Shown: positions 8,751-17,531, numbered from the stretch's first letter. The stretch: 43,158 nt of DNA from Hyphomicrobiales bacterium (GCA_050257775.1 JBLMXM010000139.1:1-43158), one strand, 5' to 3'. Numbers and translations are program-made. Notes: a model not told the origin generated them from the letters alone.

Positions 8751-9917
8751 ATGGCATATGATGTTCTAATCGTGGGCGGCGGTATCATGGGCTCGTCCAC
8801 GGCCTTCAACCTGGCCCGCCTGGAACCGGGGATCAAGGTCGCCGTGGTCGAGAGGGACCCGACTTACGCCAGATCCTCGACCACGCTCTCGGCCGCCAAC
8901 TTGCGCACCGTGGCGTTCAGCCTGAAGGAAAACTTCCTGATTTCGAAGCGAAGCTTCAAGATCCTGGAGACCTTCGAAGAGGACATGGCGGTCGACAAGC
9001 AGAAGCCGGGAATCTACCTTCGCGCCGAGGGCAATCTCTTCCTGTGTGATGCGGCGGGGCTTTCCCCCGCACGCGGGATCTTCGACCTGCACAAGAGCCT
9101 GGGATCGAACGCGGAGTGGCTCGAGCCTGAGGAGATGAAGCGGCGCTGGCCCCTTTACAACCTGGAAGGGGTCGCGGCCGGCACCTTCGGGCCCACCGAC
9201 GGCCATTTGGACGCCTACGGGCTGTTGATGGCCTACAAGTCCAAGGCGCGTGCCCTCGGGGCCGAATACCTCCATGACGAGGCTGTCTCGCTGACCGTGG
9301 AGGGCCGACGCGTTATCGGCGCGCGGCTCGCATCGGGCCGCGAGCTTCAGGCCGGTGTCACGGTCAACTGCGCCGGGCCCTGGGCCGCCCAGATTGCCCG
9401 GACAGCCGGCGTCGAGATTCCGGTCGTCCCCATCCGGCGGCAGATATTCGCCGTGGACACCCGGGTCAAGCCGGAACGCCCCCTGCCCCTGACACTGCAT
9501 CCGTCGGGGCTCTACCTGCGCTCGGAGTCCGGCGGGTTGATTCTGTGCGGCAAGTCGCTGGATGAAGACCCCGTGGCCTTCGATTTCAACTGGCAGCGGG
9601 AGCGTTTCATGGACGTGATCTGGCCGGAGTTGGCCGCCTTCGTGCCTGCCTTCGAGTCGCTCAAGCTCATCCGCGGTTGGGCGGGGCTCTACGAGGTCAA
9701 CACGCTGGACCACAACGCGATCATCGGCCCCTGGCCCGAACTCGAGGGCCTGCACCTGTGCAACGGGTTTTCGGGTCACGGCCTGATGCAAGGTCCGGCA
9801 GTGGGCGAACACATGGCCGAACGCATCACCGGCCGCCAGCCGATCCTGGACCTTGCGGCGTTCGGCCCGGAGCGTATCCTCCGGAACTGCCCCATGGGCG
9901 AGAGCGGCTGCTTCTAA
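8751..9917 (+). CDS. FAD-dependent oxidoreductase (DAO / glycine-D-amino-acid oxidase family)
   Basis: Start MAYDVLIVGGGIMGSSTAFNLA (GxGxxG dinucleotide fold). 388 aa, the typical DAO-family length. The ORF track extends upstream, but that extension has no family support. Confidence 0.85.
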   Translation: MAYDVLIVGGGIMGSSTAFNLARLEPGIKVAVVERDPTYARSSTTLSAANLRTVAFSLKENFLISKRSFKILETFEEDMAVDKQKPGIYLRAEGNLFLCDAAGLSPARGIFDLHKSLGSNAEWLEPEEMKRRWPLYNLEGVAAGTFGPTDGHLDAYGLLMAYKSKARALGAEYLHDEAVSLTVEGRRVIGARLASGRELQAGVTVNCAGPWAAQIARTAGVEIPVVPIRRQIFAVDTRVKPERPLPLTLHPSGLYLRSESGGLILCGKSLDEDPVAFDFNWQRERFMDVIWPELAAFVPAFESLKLIRGWAGLYEVNTLDHNAIIGPWPELEGLHLCNGFSGHGLMQGPAVGEHMAERITGRQPILDLAAFGPERILRNCPMGESGCF

Positions 9918-9932
9918 GCGCCGAGGCCAGGC

Positions 9933-10109
9933 ATGACGTACAATTTCGATCCGGATCGCTGGTACGATAACGAGCGCGCGGCGCTGGAGGCCCGACGCCG
10001 AGAGCAGGGCTGGAGCGAAGCCGAGTTCGAAGCGGCGTTGGAGGATTTGGAACGGCGCTACGACGAGATGCTCCGCCGCCTTGACGGCACCTACCAGATC
10101 CCGAAGTAG
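9933..10109 (+). CDS. Small hypothetical protein (58 aa, helical, charged)
   Basis: Below the 60-aa cut-off, so absent from the ORF track. ATG at 9933 lies 15 nt after the upstream stop, with GAGG/AGG upstream. GC3-rich codon usage matches neighbouring genes. Sequence: MTYNFDPDRWYDNERAALEARRREQGWSEAEFEAALEDLERRYDEMLRRLDGTYQIPK. Confidence 0.45.
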   Translation: MTYNFDPDRWYDNERAALEARRREQGWSEAEFEAALEDLERRYDEMLRRLDGTYQIPK

Positions 10110-10123
10110 GTGGTTGCACCTGA

Positions 10124-10159
10124 TTTGAATTTGTTTCGAGGTTCATGCTTAGAATTTCG
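10124..10159. promoter_or_regulatory. AT-rich spacer with two copies of the 11-mer NGAAATTCWAA (inverted orientation)
   Basis: TTTGAATTTGT (10124-10134) and TTAGAATTTCG (10149-10159). Their reverse complements are ACAAATTCAAA and CGAAATTCTAA. Three more copies lie at 13510-13568. Confidence 0.4.
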
Positions 10160-10197
10160 AATTTTGTTCCGGCTCGTCCGGGACGGGGAGGCTTGAT

Positions 10198-10764
10198 TTG
10201 ATCCGACAGCGACGCTTTGAGATCCGCATCGCCGGGTTCGGCGGCCAGGGCGTCGTCACCATCGGCAAGATCCTGGGCACGGCATTTTCCGTTTACGGCA
10301 GCTGGAATTCCGTCAACACACAATCCTACGGGCCTGAATCCCGCGGCGGCGCCTGCCGCTCTGAACTGGTCGTCGCAGATGGCGACATCAACTACCCCTA
10401 CGTCCGCAAGGCCGACGTGCTGGTCGCTCTGTCCCAGGTCGCGCTGGACACCTATGTCGCCGACATCAAGGATGACGCCGTCCTGCTCATCGACCCTCAG
10501 GCCGTCAGCCGCGCCCCCGAGGCCGGCCTGTTTCGCCTGTACCGGGTCCCCACCGTGGAGATCGCCCACCAGACCGGTGACATCAAATACCAGAACACGG
10601 TGGCCTTGGGCGCGCTGTATGCGCTGATCGCCGACATGATCAGCGAAGCCGCACTGTTGGAGGCCATCGAGGCAAACGTCCCGCCCGCGACCCTGAGCCT
10701 GAACCGGGCCGCCTTCGAGCAGGGCAAGCACTATGTGCGATCCCATTTCGCTCTGGAGCAATAG
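10198..10764 (+). CDS. 2-oxoacid:ferredoxin oxidoreductase, gamma subunit (paralog 1)
   Basis: TTG start. RFEIRIAGFGGQGVVTIGKILG is the GFGGQG gamma-subunit signature. 188 aa. Confidence 0.88.
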   Translation: MIRQRRFEIRIAGFGGQGVVTIGKILGTAFSVYGSWNSVNTQSYGPESRGGACRSELVVADGDINYPYVRKADVLVALSQVALDTYVADIKDDAVLLIDPQAVSRAPEAGLFRLYRVPTVEIAHQTGDIKYQNTVALGALYALIADMISEAALLEAIEANVPPATLSLNRAAFEQGKHYVRSHFALEQ

Positions 10765-11934
10765 ATGTCCATAGACCGCTCAACGGACACCCTGAAGCCG
10801 GGAGTTTACTATCTTCAAGGCGCCCAGGCCTGCACCGAAGGCGCTCTCACGGCCGGCTGCCGGGTTTACGCCGGCTACCCCATCACCCCGGCCACCGAAA
10901 TCATGGAGCACGCCGCGCACCGCCTGCCTCAGGTGGGCGGCCGTTTCATTCAGATGGAAGATGAGATCAGCTCGGCCAGCGTCCTGCTGGGCGCATCCTG
11001 GGCCGGCGCCAAGGCCATGACCGCGACCTCCAGCCCCGGGTTCTCCCTCATGCAGGAGGTCATCTCCTTTGCCATCATGACCGAAACGCCCCTGGTGATC
11101 GTGGATGTCCAGCGCCCGGGCCCCGGCCAGGGCTACATCTCCACGAGCCAGGAAGACGTGATGCAGGCCCGCTGGGGACACCACGGCGAGGGCTCCCTCA
11201 TCGCTCTCTCCCCGGCCTCGGCCCAGGACATGTTCGACTTCACCATCGACGCCTTCAACCTGGCCGAGCGCTGGAGAACCCCCGTGCTGCTCATGGCCGA
11301 GGAGACCGTCGCCCACATGCGCGAGCGCATCGTCGTCCCGCCGGCCGATGCCATCCCGATCGTCAACCGGACAAGGCCTCAGGACATGGGCATCCCCCCG
11401 CAGGGCTACCTGCCCTACGGCCACACCCTGGTCCCGCCCATGGCCATCTGGGGGGAAGGCTACAACATCAACCATGTGAGCCTGGTCCACCACGCGGACG
11501 GCAACGTCACGCGCTACAACCCGACCGTGCACCTGGAGAATGTCGGCCGCATCCACCGCAAGATCGAGGACAACGTGGATGCCATCGCCCGGCTGGAAGC
11601 CCGCGAACTGGAGGGATGCCGTCATGTGTTGATCTGCTACGGATCGGTGTCGCGCACCGGCATCGAGGCGGTGCTGGAAGCCCGCGAGCAACGGGGCATT
11701 CCTATCGGCTTCATCCGCCTGAAAACCCTGTGGCCGTTCCCCGAGAGGCGGCTGCGGGACCTGGTCCCTGTGGTGGACACGGTCTTCGTCCCGGAAATGA
11801 ACCTGGGCATGATGGTGCATCCCGTTACCGAGGCGCTGCGGGACCGCTGCCGGCGGGTCGTCCCGATTCCCAGCCTGGGAAGCCTGCATTCGCCTGAGGC
11901 GATCCTCGCCCGGATCTATGAGGAGATCCCATGA
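10765..11934 (+). CDS. 2-oxoacid:ferredoxin oxidoreductase, alpha subunit (paralog 1)
   Basis: GAQACTEGALTAGCRVYAGYPITPATEI (GYPITP motif). 389 aa. Starts immediately after the gamma stop. Confidence 0.9.
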   Translation: MSIDRSTDTLKPGVYYLQGAQACTEGALTAGCRVYAGYPITPATEIMEHAAHRLPQVGGRFIQMEDEISSASVLLGASWAGAKAMTATSSPGFSLMQEVISFAIMTETPLVIVDVQRPGPGQGYISTSQEDVMQARWGHHGEGSLIALSPASAQDMFDFTIDAFNLAERWRTPVLLMAEETVAHMRERIVVPPADAIPIVNRTRPQDMGIPPQGYLPYGHTLVPPMAIWGEGYNINHVSLVHHADGNVTRYNPTVHLENVGRIHRKIEDNVDAIARLEARELEGCRHVLICYGSVSRTGIEAVLEAREQRGIPIGFIRLKTLWPFPERRLRDLVPVVDTVFVPEMNLGMMVHPVTEALRDRCRRVVPIPSLGSLHSPEAILARIYEEIP

Positions 11935-12770
11935 AGAAGCACCCCATGCTCAAATACCTGAAAGAGGATGCCGCCGCGGGGCCGCGGCTGCCCCTCATCA
12001 TGTGCCCGGGTTGCGGGGCCGGCCAGGTGCTGAATTATGCCCTGCGTGCCGTGGACGGCGTCATCCAGGCGGACGGCCTGCGCAAGCAGGATTTCGTCTT
12101 CATCTCCGGCGTGGGCTGCTCCTCCCGGCTGGCCAGCCACTATCTTAACTTCGACAGTGCCTGGACCCTGCACGGCCGCGCGCTCCCCGTCGCCACCGGC
12201 GCGCTTCTTGCCAACCCGAAACTGAAAATCATCGTCTTCACCGGCGACGGCGATGCGGCCGCAATCGGCGGCAATCACTTGATCCATACCTGCCGCCGCA
12301 ACCTGGACCTGACTATCCTGTGCGTGAACAACGGCCTGTACGGCATGACCGGCGGCCAGGTGGCGCCCACGACGCCTTTCGGCATCCGCACGGTGACCAC
12401 TCCTTACGGCAATGTGGAGGAAGAGTTCGACCTCTGCCGCCTGGCACAGACTGCCGGCGCCACGTATGTGGCCCGCTGGTCCACGGCCCACCCCCATCAG
12501 ACCATCAAGACCATCCAAAAGGGCATCCGTAAAAAAGGCACGGCCTTCATCGAGATTCTGTCCCAGTGCCCGGTGCACCTCAAGAAAGCCCCGGCCGAGA
12601 TGTTTCGACAGTTGAAGAAGTCCACCGTTTCCCTGAAAAAGGCCGCCACCGGAGCAGCCGGTAACCGGATCCCGGTCGGTGAATTTTGCGACATCGACAA
12701 GCCCGACTGGATGTCCCGGTATCAGAACGTCATCGACCGACTCCGGAGCGACGAGCGCACCCATGAATAA
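11931..12770 (+). CDS. 2-oxoacid:ferredoxin oxidoreductase, beta (TPP-binding) subunit (paralog 1)
   Basis: CPGCGAG Cys motif and TPP motif FTGDGDAAAIGGNHLIH. ATGA overlap with alpha. Confidence 0.9.
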   Translation: MKKHPMLKYLKEDAAAGPRLPLIMCPGCGAGQVLNYALRAVDGVIQADGLRKQDFVFISGVGCSSRLASHYLNFDSAWTLHGRALPVATGALLANPKLKIIVFTGDGDAAAIGGNHLIHTCRRNLDLTILCVNNGLYGMTGGQVAPTTPFGIRTVTTPYGNVEEEFDLCRLAQTAGATYVARWSTAHPHQTIKTIQKGIRKKGTAFIEILSQCPVHLKKAPAEMFRQLKKSTVSLKKAATGAAGNRIPVGEFCDIDKPDWMSRYQNVIDRLRSDERTHE

Positions 12771-12984
12771 GCTGCATGTGAACCCCGCCTACTGCAAAGG
12801 CTGCCTGATCTGCGTGGAGGTCTGCCCGGCCGCCGCAATCAGGCCCTGCGCGACGATCAATTCCAGGGGTCACACCCTGCCCGAGGAAGACGACATGGGC
12901 CGCTGCACCGGCTGCCGGCTGTGTGAAACCGTGTGTCCGGATTTTGCGATCGCGATTGAAACCGACGAAGATCGAGGAGAGTGA
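12763..12984 (+). CDS. 4Fe-4S dicluster ferredoxin (OFOR delta subunit, paralog 1)
   Basis: Start at the ATG at 12763 (MNKLHVNPAYC), overlapping the beta stop. Two CxxCxxCxxxCP motifs (CKGCLICVEVCP, CTGCRLCETVCP). Confidence 0.85.
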   Translation: MNKLHVNPAYCKGCLICVEVCPAAAIRPCATINSRGHTLPEEDDMGRCTGCRLCETVCPDFAIAIETDEDRGE

Positions 12985-12987
12985 AAC

Positions 12988-13443
12988 ATGCCGCAGGACA
13001 AGCCCTTCTCAACGCTGCATCACCTGTCTCTGGTCGTACGAGACATCGACGCCGCCATGAGGTTCCTGGAGTCGATCGGCATCGGGCCCTTTTTCGAGTA
13101 CCCGCCGATGACGGAGTACACGCAGCTGAACGTCCCTGACCAGGAAGGGTTTTTCAACACTGTCATCAAGTGCGTTCAGATCGGTCCGGTTCAGCTCCAG
13201 CTCGTGCAGCCCGGCCAGGGCCGCAGCATCTACAAGGATTTCCTGGAGAAGAACGGCGAGGGGGTGTTCCACCTGGGCTTCGTGGTGCCGGACATCGACC
13301 GGGCCGAGGCCGAAGTGAAGGCGGTGGGCCTGAACGTGCTCAGCAGCGGCCGCCGGGCAAACGGCAGCGGCTTCGCCTATTTCGACACCGTGGGCCAGTG
13401 CGGCGTGACCCTGCTGGTCCGCCAGAGCCCGCCGGTAACATAG
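12988..13443 (+). CDS. VOC (glyoxalase/bleomycin-resistance/dioxygenase) family protein, methylmalonyl-CoA-epimerase-like
   Basis: 151 aa. LHHLSLVVRDIDAAMRFLESIG and LQLVQPGQGRSIYKDFLEKNGEGVFHLGFVVPDIDRAEAEVKAVG resemble the epimerase pattern (IELLEP...FLEK.GEG.HH.AF.V.DI). GAGGAG RBS. Confidence 0.7.
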   Translation: MPQDKPFSTLHHLSLVVRDIDAAMRFLESIGIGPFFEYPPMTEYTQLNVPDQEGFFNTVIKCVQIGPVQLQLVQPGQGRSIYKDFLEKNGEGVFHLGFVVPDIDRAEAEVKAVGLNVLSSGRRANGSGFAYFDTVGQCGVTLLVRQSPPVT

Positions 13444-13505
13444 TGCCTGGTGTCGGAAATATTCTCCGTTGGCTGAGCCGGGTCTGAGGCTGGCGTTCGG
13501 AACAG

Positions 13506-13568
13506 AATCCGAAATTCAAATATCGAAATTCAAAACTTCGGATTTCGGGTTTCGTGCTTTGAATTTCT
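13506..13568. promoter_or_regulatory. AT-rich spacer with three NGAAATTCWAA copies and nested inverted repeats
   Basis: CGAAATTCAAA at 13510-13520 and 13524-13534. Inverted copy TTTGAATTTCT at 13558-13568. AATCCGAA (13506-13513) pairs with TTCGGATT (13537-13544). Lies between the VOC stop and the activator gene start. Confidence 0.4.
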
Positions 13569-13666
13569 AAGATTTTCGGCTGTACTTCGAAAAAGGGATT
13601 GGGTAAAATGGCGGCACCTTGAAGGCGCTTTCCACATAGCTGCTCCAGGGCCCGAGACAAACACGC

Positions 13667-15208
13667 ATGCATTGGGACACTACCGCCAAGTATGAATTCC
13701 TGCTGAAAGTCACGAATGCGGTCGTCACCCAGACCAACCGCGAGGACATGTTTGCGGCCCTGGCCCGGGAGTTGAAGAAAAGTTTCGCTTACGATCGGCT
13801 GAGCATCTACATATTCATGCCGGACACCGAGGAGCTGGTGTACTTTGCCTCGGCCACCGGCGTGATCCCCAAGAATATGGCCGACCCCTCCGGCCGGCCC
13901 CTGGACAAGGCCTCCATCGCGCGCGAGGTCATCACGTCCAGGCGCCCGGTCTACCTGGAGGACCTGCGCCAGTACCGCCATTTTTCCACGGTGCCGGAAA
14001 TGTTGAAGTCCGGCCTCAAGGCCACCATGGCCTTCCCCCTTATTGTCCGGAAGAAAATTCTCGGCACGATGCACGTGTCCTTCAAGCAAAAACCGGCCGC
14101 ATTCGCTGAACTGGCCAGCGTGCTGAACGACCTGTCCCGGCAGGTCGCGATTGCCGTCGACAACATGTGGGCTCATGCCAGCCTGCAGGAACTCAACCGG
14201 AAGCTTCAGGAGCAGAACCGTTTTCTGCAGCGCCAGATCAAGGGCGACTGGGTCAAGAAAGAGAGCTTCGAATTCGCTTCCCGATCCATGCAGCAGGTTA
14301 TGGAACGCGTGAACCTGGTGGCCGGCACGGCCGCCTCCGTGTTGATTACCGGCGAAACCGGAACGGGGAAGGGCGTGCTGGCGGAATACATCCATGACCT
14401 CAGTCCGGTTCGGGACAACCTCTTTGTCAAAGTGAACTGCCCCGCCCTGGTCTCGGACCTGTTCGAAAGCGAATTGTTCGGCCATTCACGCGGGGCATTC
14501 ACCGGCGCTCACACCCAGCGGATCGGGCGCTTCGAGATGGCCCGGGGCGGGACGGTGTTCCTGGATGAAATCACGGAACTGCCCGTGAGCCTGCAGGCCA
14601 AGCTGTTGCATGTGCTCCAGGACCGCTCGTTTGAGCGGGTCGGCGATTCGCGCCCGATCGAAGCCAATTTTCGGGTCATCTCGGCCACCAACCAGGACCT
14701 GCAGCAAGCCATCGAGAAGGGCCGGTTCCGCCGGGACCTGTACTACCGCCTGGCCACCGTCACCATCGAGCTGCCACCCTTGCGTGAGCGCCGGGAGGAT
14801 ATCCCGATCATCATCGAACGGCTGTCTGCGGTCGAAGAGGCCCATTCCAACCGCCCCATACCGGTTTTCTCGCCGTCGGCGTTGGATTACCTCTGCCGGG
14901 GCGACTGGCCCGGGAACATCCGAGAACTGAGCAATCTCCTGAAAACCGTATTCGTGCTGAGGGCCGGCAAGACCATTTCGGTTGGCGACGTCAAACACTT
15001 CCTGGGGGAGGTTTCCATCAAGAACCCGGAGAATTTGAGCGCTCTGCTTGCTTCGGAAAAAAAAATCATCGAAAAGGCGCTGCGGGAATCGGGCGGCCGG
15101 GTGGCCGGCCCGAGGGGAGCCTCGCGCAAGCTGGGCCTGCCGACTTCGACCCTTCAGTACCGCTTGAAAAAGCACGCGATCAATCCGAAAGATTTCCTTC
15201 CGGCGTAG
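13667..15208 (+). CDS. Sigma-54-dependent transcriptional activator with N-terminal GAF-like sensor domain
   Basis: About 170 aa N-terminal sensor region. AAA+ Walker A GETGTGKGVLAEYIH, GAFTGA motif (SRGAFTGA), C-terminal HTH (ASRKLGLPTSTLQYRLKK). 513 aa. Confidence 0.9.
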   Translation: MHWDTTAKYEFLLKVTNAVVTQTNREDMFAALARELKKSFAYDRLSIYIFMPDTEELVYFASATGVIPKNMADPSGRPLDKASIAREVITSRRPVYLEDLRQYRHFSTVPEMLKSGLKATMAFPLIVRKKILGTMHVSFKQKPAAFAELASVLNDLSRQVAIAVDNMWAHASLQELNRKLQEQNRFLQRQIKGDWVKKESFEFASRSMQQVMERVNLVAGTAASVLITGETGTGKGVLAEYIHDLSPVRDNLFVKVNCPALVSDLFESELFGHSRGAFTGAHTQRIGRFEMARGGTVFLDEITELPVSLQAKLLHVLQDRSFERVGDSRPIEANFRVISATNQDLQQAIEKGRFRRDLYYRLATVTIELPPLRERREDIPIIIERLSAVEEAHSNRPIPVFSPSALDYLCRGDWPGNIRELSNLLKTVFVLRAGKTISVGDVKHFLGEVSIKNPENLSALLASEKKIIEKALRESGGRVAGPRGASRKLGLPTSTLQYRLKKHAINPKDFLPA

Positions 15209-15246
15209 AACCCAATATTGGGTTATAAAAACCAAAATTGGGTTTT
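15209..15246. promoter_or_regulatory. Tandem palindromic sites (candidate enhancer/UAS for the GAF activator)
   Basis: Perfect 16-bp palindrome AACCCAATATTGGGTT (15209-15224), followed by the related imperfect AAAACCAAAATTGGGTTTTT (15227-15246). They lie about 75-110 bp upstream of the sigma-54-like promoter. Confidence 0.5.
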
Positions 15247-15320
15247 TCCTGAGTGTACGCGACCTATCGATTACCTGTCAACTCACTGGAATAGTAATGA
15301 AATAAATTGAGACGCTCGCC

Positions 15321-15336
15321 TGGCATAGATATTGTA
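15321..15336 (+). promoter_or_regulatory. Sigma-54-like promoter for the flavoprotein/Rieske/cytochrome b operon
   Basis: TGGCAT-AGATA-TTGTA. The -24 element and spacing are canonical; the -12 element has TTGT instead of TTGC. It is 86 nt upstream of the ATG at 15422, with palindromes upstream and an activator gene adjacent. Confidence 0.5.
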
Positions 15337-15421
15337 GCGATATCCCATGATCCGGTTCGGATCACTCGGGGGAAGGCCCTTGTGCCTCCGGCCATTCCGT
15401 AACAGCCGTTCAAGGTGACCC

Positions 15422-17149
15422 ATGACGTTCGAGAAACTGAAGGCCGACATCCTGATCGTCGGCATGGGGGCAGCCGGTCAACTCGCAGCCTTGTACGCCC
15501 ACGACGCTGACCCGCGCCTGGACATCGTCATCGTGACCAAAGCCCTCAAGGGCAAGGGCGGCTGCAGCCGGATGGTGCAGGGCGGGTTTAACGTGGTTTT
15601 GAACTCGGCCGACTCCCACGACAAACACCTGATGGACACCCTCAAGGGCGGGCAGTACATCAACGACCAGGAACTGGCGAAAACCCTGGTCGAAGAGGCC
15701 ACACCCACCATCAAGGAGATGGAGACCCGCTTCGGCTGTTTTTTCGACCGCAACCCCGACGGAACCATTCACCAAAAACCCTTCGCCGGCCAATCCTTCG
15801 ACCGCACCGTTCACAAGGGCGACCTGACCGGGATCGAAATCATCAGCCGCACGACCGAACAGGTGATGAAGCGCAACATCCGGGTTCTGGAAGAGTGTCG
15901 CGCCGTCGATCTCCTGAAAGATGCCTCCGGCCGGGAGGTGACGGGGTCGTTGCTGTTGAATATCCGCACAGGCCAGTTCATCGTCGTGGAAGCCTCGGTG
16001 ACCCTGGTCGCCACCGGCGGCGGCCCGACTCAATATCGGTTTCATGCGCCCGGGCCGGAAAAATCAGTGGACGGCCTGGGCATGCTGTATCGCGCCGGAG
16101 TGGTCATGCGCGATATGGAAATGATCCAGTTTCATCCCACCGGCCTGATCGTTCCCGACAGCGTCGTGGCCGGGTCGCTCCTGGAAGAAGGCCTTCGCGG
16201 CGCGGGCGCGCACTTGCTGAACGGCCAGGGTGAGCGCTACATGCAGCGCTACGCACCGGATCTGGCCGAGCGTGCCACGCGCGACGTGGTCAGCCGCTCC
16301 GCCTTCCTGGAAATGACGGCCGGCCGGGCTTGCAAAGAGGGGGGCGTTCACATTGTGGCCGCACACCTGGGAGCGGATTGGGTTGAGCGCAATTTCCCGG
16401 GCATGTGCAAGCGATGCCGGCAGTTCGGCTATGACCTGGCCCGCGCCCCAGTCCCGGTTTCTCCCTCAGCGCATTTTTTCATGGGCGGCGCCCGGATCGA
16501 CAAGCACGCGAAAGCCTCTTTGCATCGGCTGTTCGTCGCCGGCGAAGATGCCGGCGGCGTGCACGGCGGCAACCGGTTAGGCGGCAACGGCATCTGCGAG
16601 TCATGCGTATTCGGACGCCAGGCGGGCAAGGCGCTGGCCGCCTTTATGCGGGACGACGACCGCCGCCCCCCTGAAACCGCACCCGGTCTGGCGGCGGAGA
16701 CAGCGGCACGACTCATGGGCCCCCTGCAGCGCTCGACCGGCGAAGGCCCGTTCGGACTGCGGGATGAGCTGCGCGAGATCAACTGGTCCAAGGTCGGCAT
16801 CGTGCGCAACGGGCCCGGCCTCGAAGAGGCTTTGGATGCCTTCGTCTCCCTGCGCAGCGCCGCACAAAAAGTCCGGATCACCGGACCTCCAACCTACAAC
16901 ATGCCCTGGAACACATACATCGATCTTCTGAACATGATCGATGTCTCCATCCTATCCGCCTCGTGCGCGCTCGCCCGCCGGGAGTCGCGTGCAGCCCATT
17001 ACCGCAGCGACTGCCCGGAGCAGGACGACGCGAACGGACTTTACAATATCTTTTCGACCCGGGGTCCGCGGGGGATGCCCGAACTGAAGACCGAGCCTGT
17101 CCAGTTCAAATACAAAACCCTTGAGGAATGCCAGAAGTATAAAAAGTAG
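15422..17149 (+). CDS. Fumarate reductase/succinate dehydrogenase-type flavoprotein subunit (SdhA/FrdA-like)
   Basis: ADILIVGMGAAGQ FAD fold. Catalytic motifs FHPTG, EEGLRGAGAHLLN, RATRDVVSR, SAHFFMGGARID and HGGNRLGGNGICESCVFGRQAG. 575 aa. Confidence 0.9.
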   Translation: MTFEKLKADILIVGMGAAGQLAALYAHDADPRLDIVIVTKALKGKGGCSRMVQGGFNVVLNSADSHDKHLMDTLKGGQYINDQELAKTLVEEATPTIKEMETRFGCFFDRNPDGTIHQKPFAGQSFDRTVHKGDLTGIEIISRTTEQVMKRNIRVLEECRAVDLLKDASGREVTGSLLLNIRTGQFIVVEASVTLVATGGGPTQYRFHAPGPEKSVDGLGMLYRAGVVMRDMEMIQFHPTGLIVPDSVVAGSLLEEGLRGAGAHLLNGQGERYMQRYAPDLAERATRDVVSRSAFLEMTAGRACKEGGVHIVAAHLGADWVERNFPGMCKRCRQFGYDLARAPVPVSPSAHFFMGGARIDKHAKASLHRLFVAGEDAGGVHGGNRLGGNGICESCVFGRQAGKALAAFMRDDDRRPPETAPGLAAETAARLMGPLQRSTGEGPFGLRDELREINWSKVGIVRNGPGLEEALDAFVSLRSAAQKVRITGPPTYNMPWNTYIDLLNMIDVSILSASCALARRESRAAHYRSDCPEQDDANGLYNIFSTRGPRGMPELKTEPVQFKYKTLEECQKYKK

Positions 17150-17186
17150 CGGACGGCCATCCCTTTTTGCAGGAAGAGAGACAACC

Positions 17187-17531
17187 ATGCAGACCGAGCA
17201 AACCCGCATCGAATACCGCAAACCCCTTCAATGGGGCGAATTCGACCCGAACCGGCGCAGACATATCTATGTGGGCATGTGGGCCTGGCTGTGGCAGCGC
17301 ATCTCGGCCCTCGCCATCATCGTCCTGCTGGCCCTGCACATCACGCTGACGTACAAGCCGTGGCTGCAATTCCTGCTGCTGCTGGCGGTCACGTTTCATG
17401 CCGCCCTGGGTTTGCGCGTCATTCTGCTGGACTTCAACCTCGTGAACGTCAAATATCAGCGCGCCCTGGTCTGGGTGCTGACCGGTTTAGGGTTAATCGT
17501 CTTCGTCCTCGTCTGGAAGTCCATCTATTGA
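17187..17531 (+). CDS. Small 3-TM membrane anchor (SdhC/SdhD-like)
   Basis: Start at the ATG at 17187 (MQTEQTRIEY...). Three hydrophobic helices with His residues (LALHITL, VTFHAALG). WLWQRISALAIIVLL resembles anchor-subunit helix I. Sits between the flavoprotein and Fe-S genes. Confidence 0.7.
   Translation: MQTEQTRIEYRKPLQWGEFDPNRRRHIYVGMWAWLWQRISALAIIVLLALHITLTYKPWLQFLLLLAVTFHAALGLRVILLDFNLVNVKYQRALVWVLTGLGLIVFVLVWKSIY

Noticed and set aside
13463-13495. Short stretch CCGTTGGCTGAGCCGGGTCTGAGGCTGG after the VOC gene. It resembles pieces of the 223-nt repeat (CCGTTGGC, GGCTGA..GGTCTGAG).
   Set aside because: Only about 8-10 nt words match, with no flanking homology and no equivalent stems. 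It could be a decayed fragment or chance in GC-rich DNA.
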